A DNA stretch of 64,000 bases from Thecamonas trahens ATCC 50062 (lineage: Eukaryota > Protista > Apusomonadida): contig NW_013657629.1 of NCBI RefSeq assembly GCF_000142905.1, forward strand, positions 222,274-286,273, in the 5' to 3' direction. The first letter of the stretch is position 1. Each line of letters opens with the position of its first letter. Below, in pieces: positions 41,301-53,891 of the stretch. The position numbers and the translations under genes were made by a program. The notes under the pieces were generated by a model. That model did not search any database. It saw only the letters and a program-made list of their open reading frames with translations, and had not been told where the DNA came from.

Positions 41301-44300
41301 TACATGCCTGGCTGGTCCGGGATGGAGCTGCCGGTTGCGGTCGGCGAGCTCGTCACGTTTAACGTCAGCTTTGAGCTTCCGGAGGGAGACAACCGTGCGA
41401 CGATCCTCGAGCTCAAGTCTGTCGGCGGGCCGCTGCTCGAGATGCTGTACGTCAATTTGACGGGCGTGGGAGCCTCGCTCTCATTCCCCGACCTGACGCC
41501 TTCGGACGCGGCGTCGGTGCTGGCGGCAGCAGTCTCACCGGTGCCGGTGACGTCGACGCTCGTGCCAGAGACGATGCTGACGCTCGACTTTGGCTCGGTG
41601 ATCAACACGCCCGACGGCGGAATCACCGCTGACGACTGGATCAGCCTAGAAGTGACGGCGGTGGTTCGGTCCGAGGCGGCGATTGTGGCCGGAGCGTCTG
41701 TCAGTCCCTCACTCCGGGCCTCGCTCATGCCGTCGCATGTTGCGCAGGCTCGGGAAGACACGCCACACAACGTGACGACACCCTCGCCGGATCTTGATCT
41801 CACCTTGGTCGAGCCGCTGCTTGAAGTGGCGTACACCTTTGATCGGGTCGGGTCGACAAGCGAGGACGCCGGTAGTGTGCTTGCATTTGCGCTGACGGTG
41901 ACGCACGCGACAACGTCGACCGGCCCCGCCTTTAACGTGATCCTTGCCGAGGACTTTGTCCGCGGCGGAGGCTTCGGCTACCTCGAGCTCGTGCCGGGAA
42001 CTGTGTGGGTGGATGCAGCCGGCACGGCAACGGTGACGAGCGGCAACAATGGCGGCGATAGCACCGTCAATGTAGTCGTCGACGCGTTCCGCAAGAGCGA
42101 TGCTCCGGTGGTCGTCCACTTTGAGGCTCGTCTGACGGATGCCGTGTACCCGAAGCAGAACGTGGCGGCGAGCGCTGGAGTGGTCGGTTACGACTCGCTC
42201 CCTCGCTCGCTCTCATCGTCGGGCGTGTACCACGAATCTGCAGCAATGCGCAGCTATGTCGGCGTCTTTGCCGACACCTCGCTGGTGGTCGCAGAGCCGA
42301 CCGTGTCGATTGGCGTGGTAGCGACGTCAGTGGCAGAGACCGGATTTGTCGACGGCGGCTCGGCCGGCGATGCCGACGTAGCGATTGGAGAGAAGGTGAC
42401 TCTGGTCCTCAACGCAAGCCTGGTCGAAGGTAGCTACGGCGTGGACATGCGGCTGGCGCTAAGTCCAAACCCCAGCGATGGCGCTCTCCACGTACTCTCT
42501 GTGGAAATCATCGGGGCGCCCGAGACTGGTTTCACGGCCTCCAACTACACGGCGGCGCTTGCCGCTGGGCCGGCGGCGCTGGCGGCGTCACCGCTTGACG
42601 TGACCAGCGATTCGAGCTCGGACTCGGGCCCGCTGCCGTCGGGCGATGGTCTTGCCGACACGGTGCGGGTCCGGATCGGCAACGTGGTTGTAACCGGTGA
42701 CAATGTGACGTCTGCGGCAGAGTACAACGATGTGGTCTCGGTCCGAGTCGTGGGCTTGGTACTGCCGCTCGGGAGTGTGGACCAGGACGATGTGATCACC
42801 ATCGCTGGCGCTGTCGACTACTACGTACCCGGCGTGGGGATGACGACTGCATCGGCCGAGACGGTTGCAGTCGATGTCGTCGAGCCTTCGCTCAATCTTG
42901 GGTACACCAACTCGAAAGCCTCAGCGCCTGGCACCACCGACGCTGGTGATGTCGTGATCTTTGAGCTGAGCGTGGCGCACACCGGAACCGGCAAGGCGCC
43001 CGGCTTTAACGTGACTATCATCGAAGACTTTGCGGCCGGCGGTGCAGGCGACTATCTTGAGCTTGTGCCCGGGAGCGTGAGTGTTGTGCACGGCTCGGCG
43101 AGCAGTGTGGTGCGCGGAAACGACGGGGGCGACGGGCAGGTGATTGTTGTGCTGGACACATTTGCACTCGGCGCGGGGCCGTCCACCATCATCTACCACG
43201 CGCGGGTGACCAATGCGACGTACGCAGCACAGACGATGACCCAGACGGCGTCGATGGTCTACCAGTCGATCCCAGCTTCTGACGGCGACCGGAGCTATGT
43301 CCGCGACTACGGCCCGGTGACGGCTGCCACGTCGGTTGTGACGGCGTCGCCGTCGACAAGCGTCTCGCTCGGCTCGACCTCGCTTGGAGAGACGCTTGGG
43401 AACAAGCTGGCGATTGGGGAGGAGTTTGTGGTTCGGTTCGAGACAACGCTCGTCGAGGGCCGATACGAGCTCGGGGCCGAGCTGGCGATGGATGGCATCG
43501 ATGCTGAGCAAATTGAGGTACTCTCGGTGGCTGTGGTCAACGTCCCCAGCTCGGGCTTTACCCGTCCAACTACACGGCTCAGCTCTCGAGTGCCACGTTT
43601 AGCAGCGCGGTGGATGTGACCAGCGACGCAGCGTCTGACACACGACCGACGGGTTCCCAGGATGGGTTTAAGGACACGGTGAGCGTTGACTTTGGGTTTG
43701 TGGACGTGGCCGGCGACAACATTGTGTCTGCGGCTGGGTTTAACGACGTGGTGGTTGTCGAGGTTACGGCGCGGCTGATCGATGCTGTCGACAACAGCAA
43801 CGGCGGCACGTTTACACTTGATGCAAAGTCAGTCCTCACGCCTGTCGACCAGTCAGCGCCGGCGACGGTCTCCAGCGCCAGCCTGGTACTCGAGGTTGAA
43901 GAGCCGAGCCTTGCTCTGGCGTACACCAACTCCAAGGTCTCGCTTCCCGGGACCACAGATGCCGGCGACACGGTGAGCTTCACACTGAGTGTCGACGGAG
44001 TTCTGCCGGGCACAGCGTACAATGTGACGGTGATCGAGGACTTTTCGCGATCGGGCGGGTACCTCCGGCTGGTGCCCGGGTCTGTGGCTGTGACGCATGC
44101 CGGGGGAAGCTCTGTTGTGCTCGGCAACGGTGGCAGCGACGAGACCATCCAGGTTGTCCTGGATGTTGTCAGCGGAAGCAGCCCGTTGGCAACGATCAGC
44201 TACTCGGCAGTGGTGAACGATGCGGCGTACCCTGCCCAGGGCATCGAGCAAGCTGCCGTGGCGCACTTTCAGTCGCTACCGACTATCAGTGTCGAGGCTG

Positions 44301-47300
44301 GGCGTGGCAACGTGCGCGACTACCCGGCTGTGGGCGCAACGACAGCGTTTGTGACGGATGAGCCATCGACAAGCGTGGCGATTGTGTCTACATCACTGGG
44401 CGAGACAGCGCTTGTCGACGGCGGCGCGCCTGATGTTGTCGACGTCTCGATCGGCGAGAACGTGACGGTTGTACTTAATGTGACGCTCGTGGAGGGTTCG
44501 TATGAGGTGGACGGGATGGTCAATCTGACATCTGCAGCCGGTCTTGGGCTCATTGTCATCCACGACATTGACCTAGTCGGAGCGCCGAGCGCCGGCTTTA
44601 CACCTTCGGCATTCAGCGCCGCACTCTCTTCGGGGCCCAGCGCGCTGGCAGCGTCACCGGTGTCTGTTCTGAGCGAGGCTGGGCGCGAGTATGTCGGCGA
44701 TGACGGCGAGTTCGACTCTGTGCTGGTCGAGTACGGAGCCGTGTTGGTGGCCGGCGACAACGTGGTGTCTGCAATCGACTACAACGATGTACTGGGCGTG
44801 GCCATCACGTTCTCAGTCCTCGACACCGGGGCAGCAGTGCTGAACAACAGCCTCAGCCTTGGCGCCGGAGTTCGGTACAGGTCGTTTGACGGACTCTCAG
44901 ATGGTGTGGTGACCGGGCCAAGCGTATCGTTTGAGGTTGTGGAGCCGGAGGTCGGTGTTGTGAGCGTGAGTACGAACACGAGTAGTGATCTCGACTCTGG
45001 CGATGCCGTGGGTGTCCAGGTTGTGCTGGCGCATACGGCGGCTTCGCGGGCACCGGCGTATGACTTGGTGATGGTCTTCCCGGCGCCGGCTGGCATGCAG
45101 TTTGTGCCTGACAGCGTGATGCTGAGCAACGGGCCTGGCGATGTGACGTACACGTATGCTGCCAATCTCTCGTCTGTGACTATTCGCGGGTTTAACTCGC
45201 TGGATGGGTGGACGCGGGACGAGGCGGAGCTTGTGCTTGATGCAGTGCTGACGCTGACCGATGGCGTCGAAGAGGGTGCGAGCTACGCTATTGCGATGGG
45301 GAGCGTGACGACGAGCTCGGCACCTGCTGCTGAGCATGCGAGCACGCCGCGGAGCTACGCAGTGGGCGGCAGTGGGCTTGCGGCGAACGCAGTGGTCTCT
45401 GCTCGGACGGAAGGCCTGCGGTATGAGCTTGTCGTTGCGGAAAACGACCACATGGCGAGCGGGCGTGGGCTGAACCCTAGTTTGACAGCGTCGAGTCTCT
45501 CGATCGGCGAGTCTGTGGTGTTCAACGCTACGCTGTACGCCATGGAAGGCACAACGCGATCGGCCAAGATGGTTGTGCGGATGCCGAGTGTTGGCAGCGA
45601 GGGGATGGAGCTGCGGGTTGTGGCGGCGAGCGTGGCCCATATTGGCAGCGACATTGACCAGGGCGGTATGACGCTTGGCGTGGGCTCGAGCGCAAGCGCG
45701 ACGACAGTGTCGGACGCCGTGTTTGAGTTTGGCGACGTGGTGGTTCGCGGGACGAATGCGCTTTCTGCGCCTGGAACGGTCGCGCCTGTCGACGGGATCC
45801 AGGTGGTAGTTGCGGCAGTGGTGACGGGCGGATCGCCGTCGATCAACGCCGCCGGCGATGCTGGCGATGCGACGCTGTACTACCCGGACGCACCGCCCGC
45901 GTCGTTCTCGTCGTTTGTTGTGGCAGGGCTCGACATTGTTGAGCCGTCACTCAACGTGAGTATTACGCCGAACACCACGTTTCGGCGCTCTCGTCGCGAT
46001 ATGGGTACACGCTCAAGGCGAGCCACGATTCCGGCGCTATTGCTGCTGGAATCTCTGTCCACGCGTACAACGTGACCCTTGTTACGACGACGCTCCCGAG
46101 CGATCTCACGTTTGTCGAGTCGTCAGTGGTGGTGCGTGTGGTTGACTCGGGCGTCACGACGGCCACGGCGCTGGATGAGCTGGACGTGACCGTGGTGAGC
46201 GGGAACAGTGCCGCGGACCGAGTCGTTGAGGTCCATGTTCCAGTTCTTGCGTTTGGGTCGAGCCTTGAGGTCGACTTTGCTGTGGCAGTGGACTCGGACG
46301 TGGCCGATTTTTTCGTGACCAACGTGAGCGCAAGCTACGCGTCGCTCCCTCACTTGCTCACGTCTGCTGACGTGACTCATGCGGAGATTCGGACGTATGC
46401 AGTGGACGCGACGTCGGTTGTCGACTCGCGCACGGCCGAAGTTGTTCATCTTGTGGCGACAGGCACATCGCTGACCGAGACCGGTATGTCCGCGTTCAAC
46501 ACGTCCCTGCCGGATGTGGTGGCGGGCGAGCGGATCGACTTTGAGGTGAGTGTTGTTGTTGGGCCTGGGCAGCACAGCGACTCGTGGGTCTACGTCGACG
46601 CACAGAGCTTGGGTGGTGCACTCTCCGATGCTGGTGGTGTGGCGGTGTCGTTCTTGGATTTGCCTAGCGCACGGCCGACAGTGACGAGCTATGGCCCGCT
46701 GATCCGGGTCGGACCGGAAGTCTTGGGCTCCGTGGCGACGTTGCTTGATCTCGACAGCGACGGCGTCAACGAGACGCTCGGGTTTAACCTCGGGTTCGTG
46801 GAGTTGGATGACCTGGCGGAGGGCACGGCAGTCGCCGACCATACCATGACGTTCAATGGAAGCGCCGTAGTCCTACCCGTGGGGCCAACTGGCGTGTCTG
46901 GGCGAGTCATTGAGCTCCAAGCACGGGCGGTTTTCTCGTCGGGCGTGCGGGTGGCTGCGACGCCGCTGGAGCCGGTGGCCGAGATTATTGTCCCGCTCCT
47001 TACCATTAACGCGACAGCAAGCTACAACCGGACGCGTGTTGCAGGGTATGCGGGCTCGCTGCTGGAGAGCGAAACGCGCGAGCAGGTGCTTGATGGAGGC
47101 GACTTTGTACTTGTGACTCTCGACGTGGGGCACAATGTGTCGCATCCACTCGAGGCGCTGCAGTCACAGTCGACGGCGTACAATGCTGTGGTGAGCTACC
47201 CTGTTCCGGCTGGTCTCGAGCTTGTGCCGAATAGCGTGGTGGTGACGACCAACGGGGCACAGACGAGCTCCGGCGTGGTGGCGAGCGGCAATGGCGCCAA

Positions 47301-50300
47301 CGATGGCAGTGTGACCGTGACGCTGACAAGCGTAGGACCGCCTGGCCCGGATGCTGGGGTGCAGGTCTCTTTCCTGGCGCGGGTGCGGCAGGATGGATCC
47401 GCCGGGCGATTCCCTGTTGACGCCAGTGTTTCATACGGCTCGGCGCCGGGAGGCAGTGAGCTCGTCAGCTACTCGCGGGCAGACATCGATACTGATGCAA
47501 CTAGTCCCGAGCTTGCTGTCGACCACACGCCGCTCAACGTGACACTGCAGATCGGGTCGAGCGCTGACCCGACGACGGTTGGCGGAGCACTCGCGATTGG
47601 CGAGCAGGTGGTGCTCGAGGCTGAAGTGGTGCTCCGCGAAGGCGATTACGACCTCAAGGTGAACGTCTCACTCGGAAGCGCCGACTGGGAGATTGTCGAC
47701 GCATACGTGGCCAGCTACGGTGTCGGTATGTCGTCGACGGCGATTCCTGCGACGCTGGCGTCGTTTGTTGGCGTGAGCACGACTGCTAACGCACCGGTGA
47801 GCGGTGAGACGAGTGTGACGTTTGACTTTGGCGAGATGAGCGTTGCCGGCAACAACGAGATTGGCGATGAACGTCTCGTGGTGGCTGTTGTGGCACGCCT
47901 GGCGGACGAGAGTGTGAACAGCAACGGCGCGGTGAAGGCGCTCGGCGCGGTGGCCGCCGTGAGCGAGTCGACGACGAACGGGTTGCAGCTGGTGCCGAGT
48001 GGGAGAGCGCAGTACGGACTCTCGCCGATCAACGGCGGTGTGACCGGGATCGGCTCGCTTGCGGTGGGAGTGGTGGCACCCGAGCTTGTTTCAACGATGA
48101 TGGCGAACATCACGACCGGCAATGCAGGCGAGCCACTCCAGCTTCAGTTTGCTGTGCGGCACACGACGGCGTCGACAGCGACGGCACATAATGTGAGCGT
48201 GACGCTGGATATGCCAGCCGGCATGGATCTGTTGCCTGGCACGGCGGTGATTGTAGTCGATCCCCAGTTCGGGCCAGTAAGTGCGGTGGTGGAAGTCGAC
48301 GAAGCACAGAAGGTGCGGGTGGTGTTTGATGCGCTTGTTCTCGCACCGGGCGCTTTTGTCAACGTCACGTTTGATGCACAGTTCACCACAGACGTGGCAC
48401 AGGGCTCGATCCTGCAAGTGCCTGCGAGCGTGGACTACCAGACGAGTGCCGCCGCTGCCGGGACGCGTGTGCTCGACGGATCGACGGTGTTTGTCATCCA
48501 GACATTCATCAACGGGTTCGAGGTGACGCTTGAGCTTGACTCGAGCTCTGTGGCGGAGACGAGCGGTGGAGCGCTCAACGTGGGCGAGAACGCGACGTTT
48601 GTCGGCTACCTGCGGGTGCCGGAGGGCAAGGGGCTGCTTGTGGCGAACATCTCATTTCCGGACGTGTTCCAGTTTGGATCATCATCACCGTCTGCGCCGG
48701 CGTCGCTGCGGATTGTCGAGGCGTATGTGGCCAGTGTTGGTGGACAGCTGAGTGTGAGCAAGCTGGGTGTGAGTGCGCTCGGCAGTGTGTCGACCGACGG
48801 ACTGGTGGCAATGTTCGACTTTGGGACGACGACAAATGTCGGCGACAACCAAGTGACAAGCGATGACTTTGTGACTATTGCCGTTGTGGCGCAGGTGGTC
48901 GACGACGGGTCGTACTCGGTTGCCGGGCGAAGGGTGAACGCGACGCTTAGTGGCGCATACAACGGCACGTCGTTCGAGAACGAGTTTGCCGAGGTCCGGG
49001 TAGTGGAGCCGGAGCTTGTGATGGACCATGTCTACGCCGGCTTTGCCAATGTGACGGCCGGTTCGATTGTGAGCGTGACGACAACAATCCGGTACGATGC
49101 CAGCAGCGGAAGCGGGCCCGGGTTTGGTCTGCTCTACAACCACAGTCTTGTGGCAGACGAGGCTACGGCAATGCTCTCACTTATCCCTGGTTCAGTCTCT
49201 GTCTCTGGTGAGCTCCCTGGAGGAGTGAGTACGCTGGCGACGCCTGTGGTGTTTTCAGGCAATGGCGGGAGTGATACGGCAGTGGTGATCGGCATGGAGA
49301 AACTTGAGCCTGGGCCGCGGGCCGGGGTTGAGTTCTTCAACGTGACGTATCAGCTGTTGGTGACCGGCAACGCGCCGAGCGGAGCGCGACTGGAGATCAC
49401 GCCGCCGTCGTTGAGTGTGGGCTCGCTCCCGCTAAGCGGTTTCCCGGGCCGGTGTCGAGGCGTACACCGAAACCAGCACGTTGGCCGGGGCACGTGTTCA
49501 GAACGTGGCGGTGAACAACGACGCTGCGTTTGCGAGCGTGTCCGAGGTGTCGATCGAGTCTGTCCGCACATTTGGGCTCCTCGGCGTGAGCGGGTCGCTC
49601 GCCGTGGGCGAGCCAGTGACGTATGAGGTTGTTGTGCGGATTCCCGAGGGTGTGACGTACAACATGTCGGTTGCGGTCGCAGGGTACGACGCGAGCAATT
49701 TGGTGATGCTCAACGCAAGCGTTGCAGGCTGGTCGGCAGCGCTTGACGGTGTGGCCGACGAGGCCGGCAGCTTTTCCGGACTTGGTGCAGGATCAGAGAG
49801 CGTCACGTTTGCGCCGTTCTCGACGATTGTCAACAACGATCGTGACGGAGCGACGGCGGAGACGGTGACGCTGCGCTTTGTGGCGGTGCCTGTAGCGGGA
49901 GCAAGCGACGGTGCAGAAGTGGCACTGCCGACAGCAGTTGTCCAATACGCACAGGTCGGGCCGAGCGTGGAAGCGCTTGCTGTGGCCGACGCGGCTGCAG
50001 CAGTGGCGAGCCGGAGTGCAACCGAAGTCAACGGGCTGACACTGGTGACGACGACCGGCGATGTATCGAGCGGGTTTGTGGGCGGCGAGGTGACGATCCG
50101 TGAGCCCAAGGTGGAGGTGCTGTCCGTTGTTGGGACACACGGCAATGACGTGGTTGTGCCAGGTGAGGTGGTGACCTACACAGTGACGATTGGCTCGGAG
50201 CCCGACCGGGCGAACGCGACGGCGTGGGATATTGTGGCGACGCTTGGCGCCGGAAACGGGATGCGCTATGTCGACGGGTCGTTTTCACTGGTCTCGGGCG

Positions 50301-53296
50301 TGGGCGTGGTGGTGGCTGGCTCGTCGAACGCGACCGGGGCCAACGTGACGTTTGCGGCGAGCGGAATGGGCATCGGCTCCAGCTCTGTGTTTGAAGTCAA
50401 GTATCAAGTGGCGGACGACGCCGCAGCTGGGCAGGTTGTGACGTCGCTCTCACCTGAAGTGCAGTACGGGTCTGTGGCTTTGAGCGCGGTTGAAGCGCTG
50501 GGGTGGTATGACATTGCGAGCCTGCGGCGCGAGTACAGCGCAAGCAGTGTTGTACACGAGACGGTGAACTCGCCCCCGATCGCGGTGGATGACGTGGTGA
50601 TTGCAACCGAGTTCCAGGTGTCATACGTCAATGTGTCGGCGAATGACGGCGACGTGGACGGCAACTTGTATCCAGAGACGATCACGCTGTTGACAGCGCC
50701 GGCGTGGGGCGCAACGGTGGAGGTGGTGAGCGACGAGGCTCGCTGTGGGAGCTCGCGGTCGTGTGTGGCGTATCGGCCGCCGGACAACTTTTTCGGACGC
50801 GACGACATCCAGTACCAGACGTGTGACTCGCGTGGAGCATGCTCTGTGGCATGGATCAACGTGACGGTGGCGTTTGGCGTCGACGCGGAACCGGTGTTGA
50901 AGATGGAGGCGTACTCGGGATCGGTTGGGCCGGGGTGGCCGGCACCGGCGCTCGACGACCTGCCTCTGCAGCGACTGCTCCGGGAGACTGGAGAAGTCGG
51001 GGATGACGCGCGAGTGTTTGGCAGCTACATTGTGTCTGAGAACGTCGATGTTGAGATTGCCAGTATGACTGTGCTGAGCGAGCCGGGCGCGCGCGTGCCA
51101 TCATGGACCGGCTTCCGGGTGTCTGTTGTGGACCCAGACTTGTTCAACGTGGTTGGACAGGTCCGCCTAGTTGCGGCCAACGGGACGGTGGCGTTTGGGT
51201 CGACGACTGGGCTTGTCTCAGCCGACGGGACGAGCAACGGCGAGTCGGTGGTGGTGTTTGACGGGCAGGGCGCTGCGGTCAACGCGTCGCTGGCGACGCT
51301 TGTCTTTACGCCGACGCCTGGCTTTGTCGGCTTGACCTGGGTCTCGATCGAGTTTGATGACCGGTCCGGAACTGGAGGCGGTGGGCCGCACAATGACTCT
51401 GTCGTTGTCGTCTTTGACGTTGTGGGCATCGAGACGATTCCAGAGCAGACGATTCTCCGCGTGAACGCGCCCGAATCAGGGTCTGTGGCAGGCGACGCTG
51501 TCCGTGTCGAGCTGCAGTTTGTGGACCAGTTTGGACGGAACCTAACGAGCAGTCCGACGGCCGGCGGCGCGCCGCTTGCGGTGCAGGCGGAAATGGGCCA
51601 CATTGGCGGGTGGCACGATGGACACACGGTGTCGCCTGCAGGCGGCGTGGTCGACGCCGGCTCGGGGCTGTACGTGATGACGTTCAACGCGACGGAGCGG
51701 GCTGGGCCGTACGAGCTGCGGCTGACGATGGATCCTGACGGTCCTGCAGGCCCTGCGGCGCCGGGCTCTGCTGGACTGTACGGCTCTGCGGTGGCATCGA
51801 CGGTGAGGATCAACGCCGACACGCTGACGGCGTGCGAGGGCGTGGCGCGGTTGACGCTGCTAGCGGCCTCAGGCGTGTGGGAGCGGTATGATGTGTCTGT
51901 CCGTGACCAGTACGGTAATGCCGACCCGGCAGCGCTGCCGGGGGTGGGCGATGACTGGCCGGGCACGCTCGTGTGGGACAAGCCAGGCGATGCTGACTTT
52001 GTGGCACGATCCAGCCAGGCAGCCGACGGTGGGCTTGTACTCGAAATCCGGTACGAGACGAGCTCTAGCGCAGCACCGGGCTACTACGGATTTGCGATTG
52101 TGACGAACGCGACGAGCGGCAACTGCACGATGCGTGGGAACTTCCTTGCGCGCAGTGCTGCACCGCAGATTGTGGCTGTTGTGGGTCGAGACGATGGCGA
52201 GGTGGACGAGGTGAACGACGACTTTACTGTTGGCGACACGGTGACGGTTGTGTTCGACATGGAGACCAACGCGCCGTTTGCCGGGAACAAGGTTGCGATC
52301 GACGCATTGCTCAACTTTAGCACGCCGCTCGGGGCCAACTACAGTGGGGTTTGGACGAGCCCAGCGACGAACCTCACGATCACGATTCACAACACGAGTA
52401 TTGCTGCTGATCAGCGGCCTCAAAGTGAGGAGCCTGTCATTGGTGTGCTCGTGGTTGAGACTCGCGTCGCCGGCGTTGTGCGGGCGGGTGACGGATCGGA
52501 CGACGTCATTGTACCTGTTGGCGTGGTGCCGATTCTCGGCAAGTCGAACGAGACAAAGCCGTGTACGAGCATGGCGACAACGACGGGTGACTGGGGCGAG
52601 GGGCGGCCGCAGTCGAACCAAGATGACGATATCATCACGACACTGATCGGTGTGGCGTCGACGCCCGTCGGCATCTTGGGCATTGTTGCAGCGGCGACAG
52701 TGCTCATTCTTCTCTGCTGCTGCTGCTGCTGGCTGGTGGTGCTGTGCTGCCGGCGGCGGCGGCCGCTTCACGGCGTGTGGCTTAATCCGCCGACGCATAC
52801 AGCGGTCCGGTCCGGGCGGTACATGGCGAATGGGCTGGATGAGACGCAGGGTCTGGACATGTCAGTGCTCGTTGCGCCGTCGGCCGGACGCGAGGCCAAG
52901 CGCAAAATCCTGTACAAGATGCCGGCGTCGGCGCAGAAGGCTGTGGTTGTCCGTGAGAGTGCCGAGACGAAGACGGTTCAGACGACCAATGTAAGCAAGT
53001 CGAGCAAGCGGCGACGCAGGCGTCGGCCAGCAGGGTCATCACATGTGGTGACGACGACAACGACGACGGCCACAGCGACCCCAGGCGCCGTCCAGTACAT
53101 TTACGAGTACTCGTACACGACACTGTCGGGCTCCGACTCGGCGTCGTCGATCTCGACTACAACGCAAGGCATCGCCATGTCGTCGTTGCAGGAGAGCGGA
53201 AGGTCATCGCTGTCGGAGACAATGCGGACAGAAGATCTCGACGCCAACCTGTCGTCATCGTCATCGTCGTCGTCAGACGGGAGTGGTCGGTGGTGA
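38377..53296 (+). CDS. Giant (~4,970 aa) type I surface protein of tandem Ig-like (DUF11/fimbrial isopeptide-like) repeats, single TM; four frame breaks
   Basis: Signal peptide MIVAVIGVVVLATLATA. Recurrent AIGE..LPEG / VVEP.L / DAGD.V.F / LELVPGSV repeats run through five overlapping ORFs. NSPPIAVDD..NDGDVDG (cadherin-like/Big_9), filamin-like VRDQYGN, TM + CCCCC..RRRR, Ser-rich tail. Confidence 0.8.
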
Positions 53297-53891
53297 CCGA
53301 AGAAATGAACGAGTTGCTTTTCAAACGTTTGCTTGTTCGGCACGTCGCGCGTCATTGGGTGATTGACAGGTAGGCCAGTGCAGGCAAACGCTTGCTTGCA
53401 CCGCTTGCAACGCAGGCGCCCCGAATATATTTCTCGTAGGAAACCACCGGAAACGGGTCACACGCGTGCGAGGGCACGTGCGCAGAGGACAGAGGTTGAG
53501 TCGCAGTTGAAGCGAAGGAGGATGGGAACAGTTTGCGGTTGTGACGATCAAGGCTGCTAGTGACGCCCGGTCCATGATATAGCGGCGGTTGCGGGCGTAC
53601 TGGGAATGCGAGGAAGACAGAGGAGGGAGGGGTTTGGAGAGTAGGCAGCAGATCGGGTCAACCGAGGTTGCTTGCACTTGGTTGCCGGCCTGCACAGATT
53701 TTCGCAACCAAGGTCGCCCGAGACGCAGAGAACGACGAGAAGAAGAGACACTCGACTTGCAAGCCACTGCTATGGGACCAAACACAGCAGCGCTGGTGAG
53801 CACGGTGGGGACTAGGAATGGAAGGGGGACGAGCCGCGAAGAGGTGGGCGCAGGACGCAGGAGGTGGGCGCCGTCCGGGTGGAGGGTGGCG

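Noticed and set aside
11535-49448. Canonical viral-type X XXY YYZ slippery sites at the breaks
   Set aside because: Runs differ in base and phase; no shared heptamer or obvious downstream structure was seen.
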